IMG/VR virus record: IMGVR_UViG_3300023263_000007
Span: 1 to 33,651 of that record
DNA length: 33,651 nucleotides
DNA from: a virus
Taxonomy: Duplodnaviria > Caudoviricetes
Reading direction: 5' to 3' (one strand)
This document shows positions 17,752 through 27,967 of this stretch, in pieces. A model generated the notes under the pieces. That model was not told the DNA's origin. It did not search any database and was given only the letters and a program-made list of their open reading frames with translations. Position 1 is the first letter of the stretch. Each line of letters opens with the position of its first letter. The translations under genes were made by a program, and so were the position numbers.

Positions 17752-17779
17752 TGGACAACCGGCACGGCGGCGCTACAAC
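17752..17779 (+). promoter_or_regulatory. Sigma70-like promoter TGGACA-N16-TACAAC, probably leaderless
   Basis: 21/28 identical to the minus-strand promoter at 16443-16416; ATG follows the -10 by 6 nt. Confidence 0.5.
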
Positions 17780-17785
17780 AAAGCC

Positions 17786-18268
17786 ATGGGCAAGACGATG
17801 GACGCCGACCCGGCATCGGAAACCGAATGCGCCGGCCGCAGTACGCAATCCGGGGCGCCGGTCGACAAGTTCGCTCCTGGCGCGATGCGTTACGTGCCGA
17901 GCTGGTATGCCAAGACGGGCTACACCGTGGCCGAAGCGGCGACGTCGCTCGGGCTCCGTGTGCTCTCGCGATCTGAGATTCGCGCCGGCGCGATCCCGAC
18001 CGCCGAAATCCACGAGCGAAGCAACCCCCACTCGTATTGGTGCGTACCGCTGCGTGAGCGCTTCGCGTCGCTTCGCGACATCACCCCGAGCCGGGCCACG
18101 ATCCTCGCCCTCGGAGACTTTGACGAGTGCGAGGCCGCGATCGAGAAAGACGGCGACGGCACGTGCCGTATCGCAGTCGTGTACGTCGGTGAGCCCCCCG
18201 AGATTGGCGAGCGCGTGTGGGTAACCGTCGACGACGACAACCGCCTATGCGTCACCGGGCGCGAATAG
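17786..18268 (+). CDS. Hypothetical protein with a possible excisionase/HTH_17-like segment
   Basis: YTVAEAATSLG...IRAGAIP resembles the Xis/MerR-type pattern TVxEAAxxLG...IRxGxLP; located upstream of int; the function call is tentative. Confidence 0.5.
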   Translation: MGKTMDADPASETECAGRSTQSGAPVDKFAPGAMRYVPSWYAKTGYTVAEAATSLGLRVLSRSEIRAGAIPTAEIHERSNPHSYWCVPLRERFASLRDITPSRATILALGDFDECEAAIEKDGDGTCRIAVVYVGEPPEIGERVWVTVDDDNRLCVTGRE

Positions 18269-18319
18269 GACCACCCGATGAGCGCCTCCCACCACACCCT
18301 TCGCTCGACGAACCACCCC

Positions 18320-18538
18320 ATGACACCGAAACAAAAGCTCCGTACGACGACGACGTTTGTTCTCTTGCTCGGGCTCTCGTCCGGCTGCGCATCGCTCACC
18401 GACGAGCAGCGCGAGAGGATAAGAGCTGTGGGCGCAGCCCTCGGCAGGGATTCGTCTCCGCCCCCACTGCAGGCCGTGTACTGCACGACGTACGATCACG
18501 GCGTCGTCCGCAACACCACGTGCACGCCGATGCCATGA
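18320..18538 (+). CDS. Small lipoprotein
   Basis: Basic N-terminus, hydrophobic FVLLLGL, lipobox SSGC. Confidence 0.6.
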   Translation: MTPKQKLRTTTTFVLLLGLSSGCASLTDEQRERIRAVGAALGRDSSPPPLQAVYCTTYDHGVVRNTTCTPMP

Positions 18539-18802
18539 ACCCGCGACCGCCGAGGGCTGCGCAGCCGTGTAGTTCAGGGGTGATAGGTCTCTATGGCAAA
18601 CGGCCACCAAGATAACGAGACCCGAGCACGGTTAGCGTCATGCTCGGGTCCGCGGCCGTACTTGCGTCCGACTCTCCCGTCGATCGTTCGCGGAGTCGGA
18701 ATCGGGACGACCACGCTCGCGACCTTCGGTGCGCGCACCATGCAACACAGGTCACAGATCGTCAACGAACCGAGCGTTTTTGCGCGTGCCTCGAACTTGC
18801 GC

Positions 18803-18860
18803 TTGACCGGGCACGCGGGCGTCCGTATTCCAGGGGTTCGGCGTAGCGGCCGAGCAGGAG
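18803..18860 (+). promoter_or_regulatory. int/early-operon promoter TTGACC-N17-TATTCC plus AGGAG SD
   Basis: -35 at 18803-18808, -10 at 18826-18831, SD 18856-18860, 8 nt before ATG 18869. Confidence 0.55.
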
Positions 18861-18868
18861 AATCGACG

Positions 18869-20318
<1,450 letters not shown>

Positions 20319-20326
<8 letters not shown>

Positions 20327-20564
20327 CGCCGACAAGTACGCACGCGCGCAGCAAGTGATCGCCACGGCCGTCACGGCTGCGATCGGTCAGAGCCTCGTCC
20401 AGCTCGATCTCGCTCAGAGCATGAGCGCTGCCGCAATCGTGTGCGAGGCGGTGCGCGACGTCCTGCAAAACGTCGAGCTCGTGCGTGAAGCCGCCGCCGC
20501 GGCACTTCCCGCGGAGGTTTCCGAGCTTTTGGCGCGCATGCTCGGAAGAAAGGCGGCGTGGTGA
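20319..20564 (+). CDS. Hypothetical helical protein
   Basis: ATG 20319 after GAGG; overlaps the int stop. Confidence 0.65.
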
Positions 20565-20647
20565 TGAGCGACTCGGAACAATGGCTCGCGGTTTTCGTCA
20601 TTGTCTTGCTCCTCTTTGCGGCGACGCGAATCGGAGGCGATCGCTAA
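20564..20647 (+). CDS. 27-aa single-TM peptide MSDSEQWLAVFVIVLLLFAATRIGGDR
   Basis: Manual translation; TGATG and TAATG overlaps with both neighbours. Confidence 0.55.
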   Translation: MSDSEQWLAVFVIVLLLFAATRIGGDR

Positions 20648-20745
20648 TGCCCGCGCTCGAGTGGTTGATTCTGCTGTGCGTGGGCGCCATCGCGTTCAAC
20701 ACCGGGCTTTGTCTCGGCTCGCTCAACGGAGGGCCGCACAAATGA
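20647..20745 (+). CDS. 32-aa single-TM peptide
   Basis: GGAGG SD; MPALEWLILLCVGAIAF...; coupled overlaps. Confidence 0.55.
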   Translation: MPALEWLILLCVGAIAFNTGLCLGSLNGGPHK

Positions 20746-21014
20746 CGTGTGCCGTCGAAGCCTACGCATGCGCTGTCGTGCGGCAACGGATCTGTGCCGC
20801 ACTATGCGACGCGCTCGAATACGACACCCGTAGCGATGAGCGGGCGATCGAAAGCGGGCGTGTGATCACCACACGGCACCGCCATTTGTTCGACTCTCTC
20901 GCTGCGGCGATCCGCAGTGATGCGATTTGGGACGCGCTCTGCACCATGCGTCAGCGCCATCTCTTGGAACTCAACCTAGACGTGGATGTCAAACTCGGAG
21001 AACCCGACCGATGA
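20742..21014 (+). CDS. Hypothetical protein
   Basis: GGAGG SD; ATGA overlap. Confidence 0.6.
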   Translation: MTCAVEAYACAVVRQRICAALCDALEYDTRSDERAIESGRVITTRHRHLFDSLAAAIRSDAIWDALCTMRQRHLLELNLDVDVKLGEPDR

Positions 21015-21274
21015 AACCGCTCGATTATGACCACCCCTCGTATCTCAGCGAGCCCGAAGATCGGGACTGCATCGACACGACCTGCGCAGAAGAGGATGAG
21101 GAGATCGAAATCGATCTCGAAAGTTTCTTCGATGCGCACGGTCGGGAGTTGGGCGCGACCATCTGCATGCGTGGCCACGACGTCCTTTGGGTGGAGGCGT
21201 GGGACGTCGACGGCAAGGATGTCCAGCTCGATTGGGTCACGCGTGAAGCGATCGTGACGGAGGCGTTGCGATGA
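21011..21274 (+). CDS. Acidic hypothetical protein
   Basis: GGAG SD; ATGA overlap; D/E-rich. Confidence 0.65.
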   Translation: MKPLDYDHPSYLSEPEDRDCIDTTCAEEDEEIEIDLESFFDAHGRELGATICMRGHDVLWVEAWDVDGKDVQLDWVTREAIVTEALR

Positions 21275-21471
21275 AACGCTCGATCCGCTTCCTGCCTCCG
21301 GTGTGCACGCGTGATGTGATCGTGGTGCCTGTGGTCGTCACGTTTGATTGCGACGGCTCGACCTGGACCGATAACGGCCGCTGGCCAGACAGCGAGCCTC
21401 CCGTTCGCGACGAGACCGAATCCCTCGCAGCGCAGATCGCCGCCGCGGGTGTCCACCTACTCCGCAACTAG
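21271..21471 (+). CDS. Hypothetical protein
   Basis: GGAGG SD; ATGA overlap. Confidence 0.6.
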   Translation: MKRSIRFLPPVCTRDVIVVPVVVTFDCDGSTWTDNGRWPDSEPPVRDETESLAAQIAAAGVHLLRN

Positions 21472-21479
21472 GCCCCGCT

Positions 21480-22265
21480 ATGACGGACGTCGACGAGACC
21501 GAGATTGAATCGATGATCGCCCTACTCGATCGCCAGCGCTGGAGCGGCGCCCCTCGGACACTCGGCCTCGGCCTCGACCTTGCCGACGAGCGCACATTTT
21601 TTTTCCGCGTCGGCACCAATGCCGTGGCACGCCCCGGCGCGCATTGGCTCACCCGGAATAGCAAAGCAAATGGCGATCTGCTCGTGGTCCGGACGCGGCC
21701 GTGTCGTCCCGGGGATTTCGGCGTCCCGCGCCTGCGCAAACATGCGTTGGAAGTCACCTTCGCGAGCCTCACGGGCTCATCTCGGTCTGTGAATCGCGGC
21801 CAAGAATCGACGCGCATCGTGCAATACAACGGTCCAAGCGTCGCGCCGGGCATGGCGGATGAGATGTCCGTCGTCGTGCACCAAAACGATGGGCAGCTGC
21901 GTGACGACGATTCCCCCCGCGACTTCACGGGCGCGATTTGGTCGTCCTACGCGATGCCGTTCACCGACAGATACGAATGGAGCGTCGTGTTTCAGCAGAC
22001 CGGCGGCGGGGCCATCCGCGTCGGCACCACGCCCCACGCCGCACTCGTGCTCTTCCGCGATCGCGATAAGCCGCCGGCGGGGCGACGATCTCCGCTCGTG
22101 CACTGGGTTCGGGCGCATCAACGCGTCCGCGGCGAGACCCATGCGGAAGTCCGCGCGCACATCCGCGGCAACGAACGCTTCGCGTGGCATGACTTCGCCG
22201 TTCGCGTCGTCCCTTCACCCTTTGATCTGGAGCTGGCGCAACGTCCTCCGGCAGAAGTCCTATGA
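21480..22265 (+). CDS. Hypothetical protein with C-terminal HWVRxHxR...VRxHxRG motif
   Basis: 261-aa ORF in operon order. Confidence 0.7.
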   Translation: MTDVDETEIESMIALLDRQRWSGAPRTLGLGLDLADERTFFFRVGTNAVARPGAHWLTRNSKANGDLLVVRTRPCRPGDFGVPRLRKHALEVTFASLTGSSRSVNRGQESTRIVQYNGPSVAPGMADEMSVVVHQNDGQLRDDDSPRDFTGAIWSSYAMPFTDRYEWSVVFQQTGGGAIRVGTTPHAALVLFRDRDKPPAGRRSPLVHWVRAHQRVRGETHAEVRAHIRGNERFAWHDFAVRVVPSPFDLELAQRPPAEVL

Positions 22266-22627
22266 AACGCGCCGCCCTACCGAAGCGAATGCGCCAGCTC
22301 AAACGCCGCCCGATGCGGCGTATCAACCGGGCACGACTGCAAGCCCGCCGCGCTCGCCAGTTTGGCCAGCAAGCGGCACTTGCCCGCAAGCTCCCGTGTT
22401 GCTCATGTGGCGCACCGCCGCCGAGTGATCCGAGCCATCTCACGAGCCGCGGCGCGGGCGGGGTCGATGACTGCGTAGTGCCGCAGTGCCGCAGGTGTCA
22501 CGACGCCTTGCACCGCGAGGGACGCTTTTCGTTTTGGACGCGACGCGGGCTCGACCCGCAACAGATCGTTGAACGCATGCGCGCCCTTGTGGCGCTGGGG
22601 GTCACACCGTGTACGGGCGCGAACTAG
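22262..22627 (+). CDS. DUF968/Ref-like HNH-type Zn nuclease
   Basis: Basic N-terminus, PCCSCG..SDPSH...VPQCRRCH..LH. Confidence 0.7.
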   Translation: MKRAALPKRMRQLKRRPMRRINRARLQARRARQFGQQAALARKLPCCSCGAPPPSDPSHLTSRGAGGVDDCVVPQCRRCHDALHREGRFSFWTRRGLDPQQIVERMRALVALGVTPCTGAN

Positions 22628-23445
22628 CGATATCCATGGCCGAATACCTGGCGATCGACGCGGAGTCCTCCGGACGCGTGTCGGACTTTCTCGACTCGCC
22701 GGCGACCTACCACGCGCTCCACATCGCCAAGACGCTACCCGAGGAGGACCCAACGCCTCCAATGACCGTCGGCAATGCGGCCCACTGCCTCATCCTCGAA
22801 GGCCGCGAGGTGTACGGACAGCGCTACGCCGTCGGGCCGTGCGACGACAAGCGCAGGACCGCATGGAAGGCCTTCGCTGAAGGACTGCCGTCTTCCTTGA
22901 CCGCTCTCACGCCATCGCAAGCCGAGATCGTCGAAGCATGTTTCGCCGCGGTGCAGCTCCACGATGAAGCGCGTGAAGCCCTGTTCGAATGGGAAGGCGT
23001 TCCGGAGTTATCGGGCCTCTGGGAGGACGACGAGACGCACTTGGCATGCAAGCTCCGTTTCGATCGCCTTTGCCGCTCGCACTGCGCACCGATCGAACTA
23101 AAAACGAGCAAGTCGGCCCATCCCGATGCCGTGCGCCGGACGGCGATCTCGCTGGCCTATCACCGCCGCGCGGCTTGGTACACTGAGGGATACCGCGAGC
23201 TTTACGGGCTCACGCCGAAGTCCCTCCCCTTCATCACCGTCGCTACGGAAATGCCGGCGTCCGTTTTGGAAGACCGCGTGCACGTGTGGACGATCGACGC
23301 CGAGCTCGAGGAACTTGGCCATCGCGACAACCGAACAGCCCTTGAAGGCATCGCAGCGGCGCGCGCATCCGGTGTATGGCGCGCGTCGTGGTCACGTGGA
23401 GTGCACACCGTCACTGCACCAAGCTGGATGGCAAGGGCCATCTAA
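22609..23445 (+). CDS. RecE/exonuclease VIII-like PD-(D/E)XK nuclease
   Basis: GNAAHCLILE, ELSGLW, CKLRFD, ELKT, YHRRAAWY motifs. Confidence 0.85.
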   Translation: MYGRELAISMAEYLAIDAESSGRVSDFLDSPATYHALHIAKTLPEEDPTPPMTVGNAAHCLILEGREVYGQRYAVGPCDDKRRTAWKAFAEGLPSSLTALTPSQAEIVEACFAAVQLHDEAREALFEWEGVPELSGLWEDDETHLACKLRFDRLCRSHCAPIELKTSKSAHPDAVRRTAISLAYHRRAAWYTEGYRELYGLTPKSLPFITVATEMPASVLEDRVHVWTIDAELEELGHRDNRTALEGIAAARASGVWRASWSRGVHTVTAPSWMARAI

Positions 23446-23456
23446 CCAAGGACGTC

Positions 23457-24161
23457 ATGACAGAAGCCAAAATCGCCGTCATCAACGAACGCGCCGAGCT
23501 CGACTCGGCCCCCGAACGCGCAGAGCAAATGCGAATGCTCCGCGAGGCCGCCGGAGGCGCGTCACTTTCGGATAGGCAGTTCGCGTTACTTCTCGAGATC
23601 GCCAGACGCACTGGTCTGGATATCCTGCGCAAGCAAATCTACGGCGTCGTTTATAAGGGGCGAATGGCGATCATCGTCGGGATCGACGGACTCCGGGCGA
23701 TCGCCCGCCGCAACGGTCTCGCGGGGATCTCCGATGCAACGTTCGCCTATCACGAGAAAGACAAGGATCAACGCTGGCCGCTCGCCGCCACGATCACAGT
23801 CAAACGCGCCGGTCCGGCTGGGCTCGAAGAATACACGTCCACTGCTCGGTGGCACGAGTTTGCCTCGGTCAAGGTCGACAACGAAGGGAAGAAACACCCC
23901 GAGGGGCAATGGGGGATCCGGCCTCACGTCATGTTGGCCAAGTGCGCCGAAGCGGCCGCGCTGCGTAAGGGCTTCGCCGAGTCGCTGTCGGGCTTGTACG
24001 CCGACACTGAGATGGCCCGCGACCATGCTCCGCGCGTGCAACAGCAAGAGCCCCGCACACTTGCCGACGCCACCGGCCCCCGTCGCGAGCCCGATACTGG
24101 CGGCGACGACGGCCCACCCGACGATGATGGGTTCTTTCCGGAGACCGACGACGAGCGGTGA
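23457..24161 (+). CDS. bet: RecT/Bet-family ssDNA annealing protein
   Basis: GLD.LRKQIY, IVGIDGLRAIARR, W..RPHVMLAKCAEAAALRKGF; adjacent to the exonuclease. Confidence 0.88.
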   Translation: MTEAKIAVINERAELDSAPERAEQMRMLREAAGGASLSDRQFALLLEIARRTGLDILRKQIYGVVYKGRMAIIVGIDGLRAIARRNGLAGISDATFAYHEKDKDQRWPLAATITVKRAGPAGLEEYTSTARWHEFASVKVDNEGKKHPEGQWGIRPHVMLAKCAEAAALRKGFAESLSGLYADTEMARDHAPRVQQQEPRTLADATGPRREPDTGGDDGPPDDDGFFPETDDER

Positions 24162-24541
24162 CCATCGTGATTCCCATGCAGCCGGGCCGGGTAAAGGCGA
24201 ACGGGCGCTTGGTGCCGCAGCGCGTCCGTGGCGTCTTCACCGGACGGCTCGTGCTTTCGTCGGCGTATCGGGAGGGCCTCGAGGAAATGGCCCTGCGCGT
24301 GCGCCAAGCGTGCGTACTGCACCGCTGGCGAAAGACGATCCGGCCCGTCCGCGTCGTCGTGACCACATGGTGGCCCCGGAATCGGGGCGACCTAGACGCT
24401 ACGTGCAAGGCCGCGTGCGACTCACTGACCAATGGTGGCGCGATCTTCGATGACGATCAGATCGTCTCGATCGAGCTCGCACGCGGTGTCGACAAAGCGA
24501 GGCCACGGATCGAAATCGAGATCGACGAGGTGCGCGAATGA
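24158..24541 (+). CDS. rusA: RusA-family Holliday junction resolvase
   Basis: RGDLDATCKAACDSL...IFDDDQIVS...PRIEIEI. Confidence 0.85.
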   Translation: MTIVIPMQPGRVKANGRLVPQRVRGVFTGRLVLSSAYREGLEEMALRVRQACVLHRWRKTIRPVRVVVTTWWPRNRGDLDATCKAACDSLTNGGAIFDDDQIVSIELARGVDKARPRIEIEIDEVRE

Positions 24542-24810
24542 CAAAACGAAAACGACGAATGGGCAGCGGCGGGATTGGTGACAAGGGGCAAGCTGTGCAT
24601 TGCACCTTCTGCGCTTGGGAGGGCAGTCGAGTGGACTGCTCCGATCCATGCCCATCCTGTGAGGGCCAAGTCGCCCTGGGCACACAGTTTCGGCGGCATG
24701 CAGCGAAGCTCCCGCGGCCCTCGTGCGGCGTCGTCGGGGTCCGTGATCCGGGTGAAGAGGCCGCGACAAGCGACCTCCTACGCCAAGCTAGGGAGGACGC
24801 GTCGCGATGA
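24538..24810 (+). CDS. Zn-ribbon hypothetical protein
   Basis: CTFC...CPSC; ATGA overlaps. Confidence 0.6.
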   Translation: MTKRKRRMGSGGIGDKGQAVHCTFCAWEGSRVDCSDPCPSCEGQVALGTQFRRHAAKLPRPSCGVVGVRDPGEEAATSDLLRQAREDASR

Positions 24811-25898
24811 AAATCAAGGTTCGTTACCGGCGATGGCGCGATGACCGATTCGGGCACGTGAAGACCGGCGGGATGCGACCGACGTCGTATTTCCTCGAAG
24901 ACTACGCAGTCTCACAGAATCTGTTGGGCGTCCTGCGGCAGAGCCCGCGTGCGATCGCGGAACAGTTTGGTCGGGTAGCGATCAAGACGATCACGGACGC
25001 GATCCGCGAGCTTGAAGACCGGGGCGTCGCGCGCTGGTGGCCCGAGCTCGAAACGCTGTGGGTCGTCGAAGCAATGGACGAGCAATCTGATGGGCCGAAG
25101 GTGGATATTCACGCGGCGAAGCATCTGGTCACGCTCCCCGCCCCGGTCCAAGCGGCCATCCGGGAACGGTATGGCGCGCGCGTGGAGCTCCCGGCGCGAA
25201 CCCTCCCCGATACGGTATCGGATACGGTATCGGATACGGTATCGGATACGGTATCGGATACGGTATCGGAGGGGGTATCGGAGGGGGTATCGCCCTCAGG
25301 AATCAGGAAGCAGGAACAGGAATCAGGAGAACAAGTATCGCCCCCTAACGGGGGCTCACCCCCGAGTCCGCCGCCGGCGGACGTCGAGGGCTCGGCCGAG
25401 TCCCCCGGTGGGCAGGTGCTCACGCACCCGTCGGCGGAAGCCGGGGAAGGGCGCCTGGCATCGCAGCGCCGGAGGGCAGCCGCCGAGCTCTGGGCCTGGC
25501 ACGAGGGCGAGCGAGTGCGGCGGCTCTGCGCCCACGCGACGCCGCTCCGCAAGCACACGGACCGTGACCTCAAGGCGATCGTGCGGCTGCAGGTCCACGC
25601 TCAGAAGCGCCACGGGTGCTCTGAGGCCGATGCGTGGGAGCACGTCCGGCGGTTCCGCGAGCGGGCGCTGGCGGACGCCGAGCAAGCCCTGCGGACCGAG
25701 CGGCAGGCGTACCCGTCGGCGGCGGCCCAACTCGAGTGGGCACGGACGAGCTCGGCGTGGAGCGTGAAGGCGTACGACCTCGTCACGCAGCGCGAGCCCG
25801 ACCCGAGCGCAGCGCGGGCGGCCGCGGACGAGGCCTACCGAGCGGAGGTCCGCCGGCTGAAAGACCTGAGGCGCGAGCGGCAGCGAGGGGGCGGGTGA
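24807..25898 (+). CDS. Phage replication initiator (O/replisome-organiser-like)
   Basis: N-terminal wHTH-like segment (IAEQFG..IKTITDAIRELEDRG), central DTVS repeat, QEQE linker. Confidence 0.7.
   Translation: MKIKVRYRRWRDDRFGHVKTGGMRPTSYFLEDYAVSQNLLGVLRQSPRAIAEQFGRVAIKTITDAIRELEDRGVARWWPELETLWVVEAMDEQSDGPKVDIHAAKHLVTLPAPVQAAIRERYGARVELPARTLPDTVSDTVSDTVSDTVSDTVSEGVSEGVSPSGIRKQEQESGEQVSPPNGGSPPSPPPADVEGSAESPGGQVLTHPSAEAGEGRLASQRRRAAAELWAWHEGERVRRLCAHATPLRKHTDRDLKAIVRLQVHAQKRHGCSEADAWEHVRRFRERALADAEQALRTERQAYPSAAAQLEWARTSSAWSVKAYDLVTQREPDPSAARAAADEAYRAEVRRLKDLRRERQRGGG
25209..25292. repeat. Iteron-like array: 5x GATACGGTATCG plus 2x GAGGGGGTATCG; probable replication origin
   Basis: Exact 12-bp tandem units with internal palindrome GATAC-G-GTATC inside the initiator gene, followed by five CAGGA motifs. 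Confidence 0.85.
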
Positions 25899-26443
25899 TG
25901 TCTGACACAGATCACAGCGAACTCGACCGGCTGGTCGCGGGCGCGCGGGCCACGGTGCGGCGCTGGGCTTCGCTCAGCGATCTCGAGAAGCGTGAACATG
26001 TCGCCGCGACCTGGGAGGCGATCGCGGGCGCACTGAACGACGCATACCTCGAGCAGCGCTCCGCCTCCGTGCAGTGGCGACTGACGCAAGACGACGTCTG
26101 CTACGCGCGTCGTGTCGCGGTGTGGATGCGCTTTGAACTCGAACTCGAGACCTGGCGGGCAGACGAAGCGAACGCGGCAGCCGAAGCGATCGCCAAACGA
26201 GCGAAGCAACAGACCGGGGCGGCCGCGGTGCTCCCCGACGAGTTGAAAACTCGCCTCGCGACGAAACCGAAGGCCCCCGATACGCGCGAGCCCCCGGTGC
26301 TCCCGCCGAACCCCGGCGACAAACCAGCCGACTGGCCGCCGATGACGGGCCTATGGTCGACATGGCTCGAGGAGCTCATGAGCATCCGCCGCCCGCGAGC
26401 GAAGCAACACCGCGAGCGCGACGAGGTCGAAGCCGCGGAGTGA
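25898..26443 (+). CDS. Hypothetical protein
   Basis: TGATG overlap with the initiator gene. Confidence 0.65.
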   Translation: MSDTDHSELDRLVAGARATVRRWASLSDLEKREHVAATWEAIAGALNDAYLEQRSASVQWRLTQDDVCYARRVAVWMRFELELETWRADEANAAAEAIAKRAKQQTGAAAVLPDELKTRLATKPKAPDTREPPVLPPNPGDKPADWPPMTGLWSTWLEELMSIRRPRAKQHRERDEVEAAE

Positions 26444-26450
26444 CGAACCG

Positions 26451-26738
26451 ATGCCGAGGCTTTCCGCGCGACGCAAGGCGGCGATTCTCGAGGCCTACGT
26501 TCGCTACGGCTCAGTCCGGACTACGGCATTTGTGATGGGCGCAAGCCTTCTCACTGTGCGCCGAATCGCAAAGGCTGCCGGCGTGCTCAAACCGCACGCA
26601 CGTCCGTGGAGCACAATCCCGAGCGCCGACGAGCTGCGGCGCTTACTTGCCGAGCTCGGAACATACCAGGCTGTCGCCGATGCCTGCGGATGCCATCGCA
26701 ACACGATTCACAATAGGCTTTACGGACGAACGCAATGA
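26451..26738 (+). CDS. Tandem-HTH DNA-binding protein
   Basis: [20 protein letters not shown] and [21 protein letters not shown]. Confidence 0.7.
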   Translation: MPRLSARRKAAILEAYVRYGSVRTTAFVMGASLLTVRRIAKAAGVLKPHARPWSTIPSADELRRLLAELGTYQAVADACGCHRNTIHNRLYGRTQ

Positions 26739-27271
26739 CGCCCACCCTTCCCGAAATACTCCGACTGCACGCGCTCTGGCTCGCAGACGATGACAATGGC
26801 GTCCGCGCCGACCTCAGCGGCTCGAACCTCAGCGGTGCCGACCTCAGCGGTGCCGACCTCAGCCACGCCGACCTCGGCCAGGCCAACCTCAGCGGTGCCA
26901 ACCTTCGCGGTGCCAACCTCCGCGACGCCCATCTCAGCGACGCCCATCTCTTCGGTGCCGATCTCAGCGACGCGATCCTCGACGTCGACCTAAGATCGCC
27001 CGGTCTCGCTGCCCGCGTAGCCGCTCAAATCCAGGTCAACCCGGATACCTACGATCAAATGAACTGGCACTCGGATTGTGGGACGCGACATTGTGCGGCC
27101 GGCTGGTGTTGCGTGCTCGCTGACGTGCCTAAGGAGATCGAGGAACGGCTGGGTACAAAGCACGCCGCTTTACTCGCGCTAGGTCTACCACTGGGGACCG
27201 ACGCGCCGTTCGAGGGATACCATAACCCGCTCCCGTGGCTCCGCAAGCTCGCCGAGAGCGAGGGGACATGA
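26735..27271 (+). CDS. Pentapeptide-repeat protein with C-terminal CGTxHCxAGW domain
   Basis: About 11-12 A(D/N)LxG repeats. Confidence 0.9.
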   Translation: MTPTLPEILRLHALWLADDDNGVRADLSGSNLSGADLSGADLSHADLGQANLSGANLRGANLRDAHLSDAHLFGADLSDAILDVDLRSPGLAARVAAQIQVNPDTYDQMNWHSDCGTRHCAAGWCCVLADVPKEIEERLGTKHAALLALGLPLGTDAPFEGYHNPLPWLRKLAESEGT

Positions 27272-27966
27272 ACGAAGAACGTCTGTCGCTCATCGAGGAT
27301 GGACATGCTGCAGGCCTCGATCGTTTGCGCGAGTTCGAGGTCGACTACACACCGGGCCCCGTTGTGCGCCAGGGGCTGGCGTGGGCTCTGCGGCACGTTG
27401 GCATGCCGCGCCGATTCTTGGACCCTGCTGCCGGCGCCGGCGTGTTCGCGCAGCAGCTCGACGCGCTCGGGCACGACCCCGACCACGGGTTTCGCTGGGC
27501 TGTCGAACCGCGGCCCGAAGAGCGCGGCAATCTGCGGCGCCATTATCACTCCGTGGCGTCGTGCCGCTTCGAGGAGTGCGAAGACTTCGGGGGGCCCTTC
27601 GATCTCATCGCGACGAATCCACCGTTCTCGGTGTGGCCGCAGTTTCTTGCGCGTTCGCTTGACCTCGTCTCAGACCGTGGCGCCGTTCTGTTCTACGGCT
27701 CGCTCGCGTGGGGACAGTCTGGCGAGGGCGCCGAGGTCTTCTCACGTCTGCCGCCAACCGCATGCGCTCGCGTCGTTGGCCGTGTGCACCATCGCGGTCC
27801 GGGCGTAAACCCGAAGACGGGCAAGCCATGGGGCGCAGACTTGCGCGACATGTGCTGGTGGCTCTGGGATCGTGGGTCGAAGCATCGCGCCCCCTGGCTA
27901 ACCGAAAACCTGCCCCCGCTCCCGGCCGAGTCGCGCAGGTGGATCGTGCGGCCGGGGACGGAGTGA
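27268..27966 (+). CDS. Solitary amino (N6-A/N4-C) DNA methyltransferase
   Basis: Motif [10 protein letters not shown], motif IV IATNPPF. Confidence 0.8.
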   Translation: MNEERLSLIEDGHAAGLDRLREFEVDYTPGPVVRQGLAWALRHVGMPRRFLDPAAGAGVFAQQLDALGHDPDHGFRWAVEPRPEERGNLRRHYHSVASCRFEECEDFGGPFDLIATNPPFSVWPQFLARSLDLVSDRGAVLFYGSLAWGQSGEGAEVFSRLPPTACARVVGRVHHRGPGVNPKTGKPWGADLRDMCWWLWDRGSKHRAPWLTENLPPLPAESRRWIVRPGTE

Positions 27967-27967
27967 C

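Noticed and set aside
17759-17775. Sigma54 promoter (GGCACG...GC)
   Set aside because: GG-to-GC spacing is 9 nt rather than the required 10, and TTGC is absent
16416-17779. Invertible segment bounded by the twin motifs
   Set aside because: Only 21/28 identity and no invertase; promoter interpretation is simpler
18593-18868. Extended integrase N-terminus from the ORF track
   Set aside because: No good SD, and the segment contains the promoter-like sequence; ATG 18869 has AGGAG at 8 nt
25209-25292. CRISPR array
   Set aside because: 12-bp tandem units without spacers, in frame in a CDS, and no cas genes
27268-27966. Restriction-modification system
   Set aside because: No cognate endonuclease adjacent; the nearby nucleases belong to recombination families
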